NCBI GenBank assembly: GCA_027340875.1
Contig: DAIENX010000028.1
Location: forward strand, 1-10,966
Source: Elusimicrobiota bacterium
GTDB taxonomy: Bacteria > Elusimicrobiota > Elusimicrobia > Elusimicrobiales > UBA9959
Reading direction: 5' to 3'
DNA length: 10,966 nucleotides
A model generated the notes under the pieces. That model ran no database searches. It saw only the letters and a list, made by a program, of their open reading frames with translations, and was not told the origin of the DNA. Below are positions 1-5,196 of this stretch, piece by piece. Numbering within the stretch: position 1 is the first letter of the stretch; each line of letters starts with the position of its first letter. Made by a program: the position numbers and the translations under genes.

Positions 1-139
1 GGGACTGGGAATAGTTGTTCCCGGACTTCATCATCTGCTCCATCATCTTCTTGTACTGCTCCTCGGTCTGGGTCGCGTCCTGCGCGGCGGCGGGCAGCGA
101 AAGGAGCAGGCAGACGGCTGAAATCTTAAGGGATAACAT
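1..139 (-). CDS. 5' part of a secreted/periplasmic hypothetical protein (runs off the window edge; missed by the ORF track)
   Basis: Minus-strand frame reads MLSLKISAVCLLLSLPAAA-QDATQTEEQYKKMMEQMMKSGNNYSQS, a Sec-type signal peptide with an AxA site. GGAGG (148-152) lies 8 nt before the ATG at 139; there is an alternative in-frame ATG at 145. It begins just after the tyrS stop. Confidence 0.7.
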   Translation of the reverse strand, partial: MLSLKISAVCLLLSLPAAAQDATQTEEQYKKMMEQMMKSGNNYSQS

Positions 140-154
140 CGTCATGGCCTCCGG

Positions 155-1327
155 TCACTTCTCTATCTTGCGGAACTGGCGGCGGCCAACCTGCAGGACG
201 CAGTCCCTGGGCTCGAAGGTCAGGTCGTCGGCGACCTTCTCGCCGTCTATCCTGACGGCGCCCTGCGATATCAGCCGCCTGGCCTCGTTCATGCCCTTGG
301 CGAGCCCTGCGGCTACCATCAGGTAGGAGAGCTTGCCCGGCTTCTCCGCGCGGAAGACCTCCATGTCCTCCGGCAGCTCCTTGCGGGAGAAGACCTGCTC
401 GAAGTGGGCGCGGGCGGCCTGGGCCTGTTCCGCTCCGTGGTAGCGCGCGGTGATGAGCCCGGCCAGCTTCTTCTTGGCCTCCATCGGGTGCCCGGCCTTC
501 ACGGCGGGCAGGTCCTCGGAGGTCAGCAGCTCGTAGTAGGAGTACATCAGCGCGTCGGAAAGGGACATCAGCTTGCCGAACATGTCGTTGGGAACGTCGT
601 TCAGCGCGACGTAGTTGCCGTAGGACTTGGACATCTTCTTCTCGCCGTCGGTCCCGACGAGCAGAGGCATCGTCATCACGACCTGCGCCTCCTGGGCGTT
701 TATCTTCTGGAGGTCGCGTCCTACGAGCAGATTGAAGATCTGGTCCTGCCCGCCCAGCTCGATATCCGCCTTCACGGCCACCGAGTCGTAGCCCTGCAGC
801 AGAGGGTAAAGGATCTCGAGCAGGCTGATAGGGCTGCCCGCCTTCATGCGCGCGCGGAAGTCCTCGCGCTCGAGCAGGCGGGAGATAGTGATGTTCTTGG
901 CGCAGTTTATGAAGTCGGAAACTCCGGAGGCCGGACTCGCGAAGAAGGGCTTCAGCCATTCCGTGTTGAAGCGGATCTCCGTCCTGTCCGGGTCCAGGAC
1001 CTTGAAGGCCTGCTCCGTGTAGGTCCTGGCGTTGGCGGCGACGGTGTCGTGGTCGAGGACCGGGCGGGTGGAGTCCTTGCCGGACGGGTCGCCGACCTGG
1101 GCGGTGAAATCGCCTATTCTGAGCACCGCGGTGTGCCCCAGCTCCTGGAACCTGCGCAGCTTGTCCAGCACCACGCTGTGGCCCAGATGGAGGTCCCTGC
1201 TGGTGGGGTCCACGCCGAGCTTCACGCGCAGCTTCTTGCCGGAGGAGAGCTTCTTGGCCAGCTCCTCCCTGCTTACGACGTCGACCGCGCCGCGTGTAAT
1301 GTCCTTCAGGAGCTCATCGGTATTCAT
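155..1327 (-). CDS. tyrS: Tyrosine--tRNA ligase
   Basis: GVDPTSRDLHLGH (HIGH motif), IGDFTA, YPLLQGYDS, ELGGQDQ, KMSKS and a C-terminal S4-like domain (EARRLISQGAVRIDGEK). Confidence 0.97.
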   Translation of the reverse strand: MNTDELLKDITRGAVDVVSREELAKKLSSGKKLRVKLGVDPTSRDLHLGHSVVLDKLRRFQELGHTAVLRIGDFTAQVGDPSGKDSTRPVLDHDTVAANARTYTEQAFKVLDPDRTEIRFNTEWLKPFFASPASGVSDFINCAKNITISRLLEREDFRARMKAGSPISLLEILYPLLQGYDSVAVKADIELGGQDQIFNLLVGRDLQKINAQEAQVVMTMPLLVGTDGEKKMSKSYGNYVALNDVPNDMFGKLMSLSDALMYSYYELLTSEDLPAVKAGHPMEAKKKLAGLITARYHGAEQAQAARAHFEQVFSRKELPEDMEVFRAEKPGKLSYLMVAAGLAKGMNEARRLISQGAVRIDGEKVADDLTFEPRDCVLQVGRRQFRKIEK

Positions 1328-1334
1328 ATCCGTA

Positions 1335-1340
1335 ATTGTA
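1335..1340 (-). promoter_or_regulatory. Putative sigma70 -10 box for tyrS (possible leaderless transcript)
   Basis: Minus strand AATAA-TACAAT-TACGGAT-ATG. TACAAT sits 7 nt upstream of the tyrS ATG in an AT-rich patch, and no SD is present. Confidence 0.55.
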
Positions 1341-1370
1341 TTATTTTTATTCGGGCGCCGCCATTCGGGC

Positions 1371-3359
1371 TCACTGGAAGCCGTACGGGTCGGCCTCTAT
1401 GAAATATTTGACGCCGGGGCGCCTGGGGAGGTCCATAGCCTTCTTCAGGCAGGCGGCCGCCGTGCGCTCAGAGCCGGCCTTGATCAGGTAGTATTCGCTG
1501 TGGAACTTACGCCTTTCCTGACCCTGCGGTACCACCGGACCGAGTATCTCGCCCTGCTCGCCGCCGGAGCCGACGAAGGAGAGCGCCTTCAGCAGGTCCG
1601 CGGCGGCGGCGTCCACGGCGCCCCTGTCGAACGAGGCGAGCCGCGCTTTCACTATATGGGAGAAGGGGGGATAGAAGAAGTCGCGACGCGCGGCCAGCTC
1701 GCCGTCCGCGAAGGAGGGATAGTCCATCTCCGTGAGCCGCGAGAATACGTTATGGCCGGTCTCGCGCGTCTGTATCAGCAGCTCTCCCCGGGTGCCGAGC
1801 AGTCTCCAGGCGGCGAAGAAGGCGCGATAAGCCTTTTCCGAGGCCCTGAAATCCGCGCTGGAGAGGTCCGAGTCGGCGTCTATGAAAGCGGCCAGCGCCA
1901 GCCGGGGGGCCCCCAGGTCGCGGAGGGCTATGCGGGTCCCGACCAGCACGTCGGCTTCCCCGCGGGCGAAGGAATCCAGCTCCGAGCTCATGGCCTTCAG
2001 GGATCCCCGCAGCACGTCGCCGTCGAAGCGGGCTATCTTCGCGCCGGGCAGCAGCCTGGCTATAGCCTCCTGCGCCTTCTGCGTGCCGGCGCCGTAGTCC
2101 CTGAAGACCTTCCCGCCGCAGGACGGGCAGACTTCGGGCCAGGGCTCCTTCTTCCCGCAACGGCGGCAGAGCAGGGACCGGTCCGCGCCGGCCGACTTCA
2201 GTACGGTGAGGCCCGGACCGCAGGTCCGGCAGCGCGGCATCCAGCCGCAGTTGGCGCAGAACAGCCTGGAAGCGTAGCCCTTCCGGGCGGCTATGACCAG
2301 CGCCTGGCCGCCGGCCTTCACGGTGCGCAGTATGCCGTCAGAGAGCGGGCGGGCCAGCACGTCCCCCGGATACTGGGCGAGGTCCAGCACGCGCACGTCG
2401 GGGCCGGGACCCGCCAGCCTCGCCCTTGGCACGGCGTCGAAGCGCTCCAGCTCCCCGCCTGCGGCGGCGCCCCAGGTCTCCATGGAAGGGCAGGGGCTGG
2501 CCAGGACTACGGAGGCGCCGATGGCCGCCGTACGCCGGAGCAGGACCTCCCTCGCGTGATAGAAAGGCTCCGCCTCCTCCTGCCTGTACACTTCCTCGTG
2601 CTCGCTGTCCAGCACGGCCAGGCGCAGGGCGCGGAACGGAAGGAAGACGCCTGTCCGCGTGGCTATTATAACCTTGAAGCGCCCGGACGCCGCCCCGGCC
2701 CAGGCCTCGGCGCGCCGCTTAGGCGTCAGGCGAGCGTGCCAGGCCGCGACGCGGCCCGGGAAGAGCGGCTCCAGCGCGTCCTGCAGCTGCGGGATGAAGC
2801 TTAGGTCGGGGACTACGAGCAGCCCCTGCGGTTCCTCTCCGTCCAGGGCAGCCCCGAAGAGCTCCGCGTACACCGGCTCCGGACGCTCGAAAGGGGAAAG
2901 CCGCAGCAGACAGGCGCGCCGGCCGCCTGCGGAAAGGGCCGCGCGCAGCTTTTCCAGCTCCGGCAGGCCGGGCACGGATGTTATCGGAAGCCTCTCAGCC
3001 TCCTCCGGAGTTCGTGTATGAACGGCCTGCTCCTGCGGGGCATGGGCATAGAACGCGCCCAGGCAGAGGCCGTGCGGAGAGCCCCAGCGCGCGGACATCC
3101 AGGCGGCCAGCTCCACCGCCCCTTCCGGGAACAGCGGCTCCTCGTCGAGCAGACTGGCGACGGATTTAAGTTCTTTGAGGCCGGTAAGATCGGCGTCCTT
3201 CTCCGGCAGGACGCGCAGTATCATTCCGGCGGCGGACTGGCGCTTGCCCAGCGGGGCGAGGACGCGCAGTCCCGGCGCGGCCTTCAGTTCCAGCTCGTCG
3301 GGCAGCAGGTAGTAGAACGTGCGGCGCAGCGGTATCGGGAAGGAGATTTCTGCCAACAT
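1371..3359 (-). CDS. priA: Primosomal protein N' (PriA), helicase motifs degenerate
   Basis: N-terminal 3'-DNA-binding domain (AEISFPIPLRRTFYY...GLRVLAPLG), IATRTGVFLPF, YRQEEAEPFYHAR, four CxxC pairs (CANC, CRTC, CRRC, CPSC), DFRASE, RRDFFYPPF and C-terminal EADP. The start is placed at MLAEISF (3359, 662 aa) because the 26 upstream codons of the ORF track run through an inverted-repeat element. Confidence 0.9.
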   Translation of the reverse strand: MLAEISFPIPLRRTFYYLLPDELELKAAPGLRVLAPLGKRQSAAGMILRVLPEKDADLTGLKELKSVASLLDEEPLFPEGAVELAAWMSARWGSPHGLCLGAFYAHAPQEQAVHTRTPEEAERLPITSVPGLPELEKLRAALSAGGRRACLLRLSPFERPEPVYAELFGAALDGEEPQGLLVVPDLSFIPQLQDALEPLFPGRVAAWHARLTPKRRAEAWAGAASGRFKVIIATRTGVFLPFRALRLAVLDSEHEEVYRQEEAEPFYHAREVLLRRTAAIGASVVLASPCPSMETWGAAAGGELERFDAVPRARLAGPGPDVRVLDLAQYPGDVLARPLSDGILRTVKAGGQALVIAARKGYASRLFCANCGWMPRCRTCGPGLTVLKSAGADRSLLCRRCGKKEPWPEVCPSCGGKVFRDYGAGTQKAQEAIARLLPGAKIARFDGDVLRGSLKAMSSELDSFARGEADVLVGTRIALRDLGAPRLALAAFIDADSDLSSADFRASEKAYRAFFAAWRLLGTRGELLIQTRETGHNVFSRLTEMDYPSFADGELAARRDFFYPPFSHIVKARLASFDRGAVDAAAADLLKALSFVGSGGEQGEILGPVVPQGQERRKFHSEYYLIKAGSERTAAACLKKAMDLPRRPGVKYFIEADPYGFQ

Positions 3360-3448
3360 GGGGTCAGGTCTTGGATCTTGACCGCGATTACGACAGTTCA
3401 GAACAGGCCGCGGATCGCTGCCGAGGTCAAGATTCAAGACCTGACCCC
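3360..3448. repeat. 89-bp REPIN/MITE-like element with 24-bp terminal inverted repeats
   Basis: GGGGTCAGGTCTTGGATCTTGACC (3360-3383) and GGTCAAGATTCAAGACCTGACCCC (3425-3448) are reverse complements at 23/24 positions, separated by a 41-nt spacer. No target-site duplication is visible. Confidence 0.85.
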
Positions 3449-3460
3449 GCTACTGGGATG

Positions 3461-4213
3461 CTACTTAACGGTTTCCAGGAACGACTTCACCATCTTCATG
3501 TCCTCCCAGGTATCCCTCTTGAGATTGGGATTGCGCAGCAGCGCGGCCGGGTGATACGTGGGCATCAGCCTGATGGGTTCTTCGGAGGAGGGACCGGCCT
3601 GGTAGCTGGTCCATTTGCCCCTCATCAGGGAGATCCCCTTATCGGTGGAAAGAAGGACCTTGGTGGGAACGGAACCGAGCGTGACTATGCAAGCCGGCCT
3701 GATGAAGCGCAGCTGGGCGTCCAGATAGGGCCGGCAGGCGGCTACCTCGTCGGGCGTCGGCGGGCGGTCGTTGCCGCGGGACTCCGGATCGGCCGGGTTC
3801 TTCATCGGGTGGCACTTGACGATGTTGGCGATGTAGACGTCCTGGCGTTTCAGCCCGAGCACGGTCTCCATGATCTTGTCGAGGAGCTGGCCGGAACGTC
3901 CGACGAAGGGCTCGCCCTGGTGGTCTTCCTGGAAGCCCGGGCCCTCGCCGACGAAGACTATCCGGGCCTTGTAGGTGCCCACGCCGAACACTGCATTGAG
4001 CCTGGAGGCGCCGAGGCCGCACTTGCGGCAGGTCCTGACCTGTTCGGCGAGGGCCAGCATGTCGCCGGAAACGGCGGGGAGGGAAGGTTGGGGCCGGGGG
4101 GGCACGGAGACCTCCGCGGCGGGACGGGAACGCCCGGCCTCGACGAGAGTGTCGTCCAGGGCCTTTATGTAGGCGGCCAGGTCCCTGGCCGCGCCGGCGA
4201 GCTCGTCCCGCAT
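3461..4213 (-). CDS. Uracil-DNA glycosylase family 4 (4Fe-4S type)
   Basis: CRKCGL, VFVGEGPG, GEPFVGRSGQLL, YIANIVKC, EVAACRPYL and PTYHPAALLR; the four cluster Cys are present. Confidence 0.93.
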   Translation of the reverse strand: MRDELAGAARDLAAYIKALDDTLVEAGRSRPAAEVSVPPRPQPSLPAVSGDMLALAEQVRTCRKCGLGASRLNAVFGVGTYKARIVFVGEGPGFQEDHQGEPFVGRSGQLLDKIMETVLGLKRQDVYIANIVKCHPMKNPADPESRGNDRPPTPDEVAACRPYLDAQLRFIRPACIVTLGSVPTKVLLSTDKGISLMRGKWTSYQAGPSSEEPIRLMPTYHPAALLRNPNLKRDTWEDMKMVKSFLETVK

Positions 4214-4224
4214 CGCGCAGCGCC

Positions 4225-4545
4225 TTAGGCGGGCTTCTCTTCCTTGACGTCCTTGCGCAGGCGCTTGGCGTCGTCGGGGCGCTTGGCCGCCAGCTTCTCC
4301 TCTATCTCCATGTCCTTCTTGACGGCGGCGTCGATCTCATCGGGAGTGATCTTCCCGCCGACGATGTCGAGCATCGCGCGGTCGATAAGGTCCGCCATCG
4401 TCATCCCGCGGGAATCCTCCTGGCGGCGCAGATGGCGCGCCCACTGCATAGCCCGCACGATGTCGTTGTACTTGGACGGGCCGTAGTCGGAAATGAGCTG
4501 CTCGAGATCGGCCTCGTTCTCCTTGGTCTTGGCGTGGGTAGTCAT
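4225..4545 (-). CDS. rpoZ: Probable divergent RNA polymerase omega subunit
   Basis: Directly downstream of gmk, matching the classic gmk-rpoZ order. 106 aa. SKYNDIVRAMQWARHLRR resembles omega's (N/S)RY-L-----AKRARQL, and DRAMLDIVGGKI resembles the 'AL-EI--GK' motif. Strong SD GGAGG at 4551-4555. Confidence 0.65.
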   Translation of the reverse strand: MTTHAKTKENEADLEQLISDYGPSKYNDIVRAMQWARHLRRQEDSRGMTMADLIDRAMLDIVGGKITPDEIDAAVKKDMEIEEKLAAKRPDDAKRLRKDVKEEKPA

Positions 4546-4578
4546 TTGAACCTCCGTATCTTACAGATCCTTGAATTG

Positions 4579-5196
4579 CTAAAGCTGGGCGGCGAACCGG
4601 CGCACGAAATCCTCTCTGCGGGCCGTTCTGGCGGCCTCCGCGGCCGCTATTCCCGCCACGGTCGCCACCGCGCCGGACAGGACGTCGTTGACGACCAGGT
4701 AATCGAACCTGTGGGCTTCGCCCAGCTCGGCGCGGGCCGTGCGCATGCGCACCTTGAGCCCATCGCCGGACTCGCCCCGGCCGCGCAGGCGCTTCAGCAG
4801 CGTCTTCATGTCCGGCGGGAGCAGGAAGACCGTGACGGCGTCCGGGAAGAGGCGCCTGACCGCGCGGGCGCCCTTGACGTCTATGGTCATCACCGGTATC
4901 CGGCCCTTCGCGAGCACGTCGCGCACGGATCTTACCGGGGTGCCGTAATAGTTGCCGTGGACCTTGGCCCACTCCAGCAGCTTACCGTCCCTCTTGAGCC
5001 TCAGGAACTGCGGTTCGGTCACGAAATAGTAGTCCCTGCCGTGGACCTCTCCCGGCCTTCGGGGCCTGGTGGTGCAGGTCACGCTGAACGCGAACTTGCG
5101 GTCCAGCTCCAGCAGGGCCGAGCGCACCGCGGTCTTTCCTCCCCCGGAAGGGGAGGAAAGGACCAGCGGGAAGCAGTTCTGGGCGGTCCGCTTCAC
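4579..5196 (-). CDS. gmk: Guanylate kinase
   Basis: SSPSGGGKT P-loop, SVTCTTRPRRPGEVHGRDYYF, EWAKVHGNYYGT and FDYLVVND. The GTG start overlaps the ppdK stop (GTGA at 5196-5193). Confidence 0.96.
   Translation of the reverse strand: MKRTAQNCFPLVLSSPSGGGKTAVRSALLELDRKFAFSVTCTTRPRRPGEVHGRDYYFVTEPQFLRLKRDGKLLEWAKVHGNYYGTPVRSVRDVLAKGRIPVMTIDVKGARAVRRLFPDAVTVFLLPPDMKTLLKRLRGRGESGDGLKVRMRTARAELGEAHRFDYLVVNDVLSGAVATVAGIAAAEAARTARREDFVRRFAAQL

Noticed and set aside
126..959. Same-strand alternative-frame ORFs (also 1750-2160, 3639-4022, 4337-4972, 5629-6447, 6586-7182)
   Set aside because: Arg/Gly/Pro-rich off-frame translations of GC-rich genes. The main frames are intact, so no frameshift is needed to explain them.
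1371..3359. priA as a pseudogene
   Set aside because: There are no stops or frameshifts, and the structural and Zn-binding residues are conserved while the catalytic ones are lost.
3770..3815. Short insertion (MKNPADPESRG) after the KCHP motif in the family-4 UDG
   Set aside because: Probably an ordinary surface-loop variant. Catalytic and Fe-S motifs are intact, and no functional claim can be supported.
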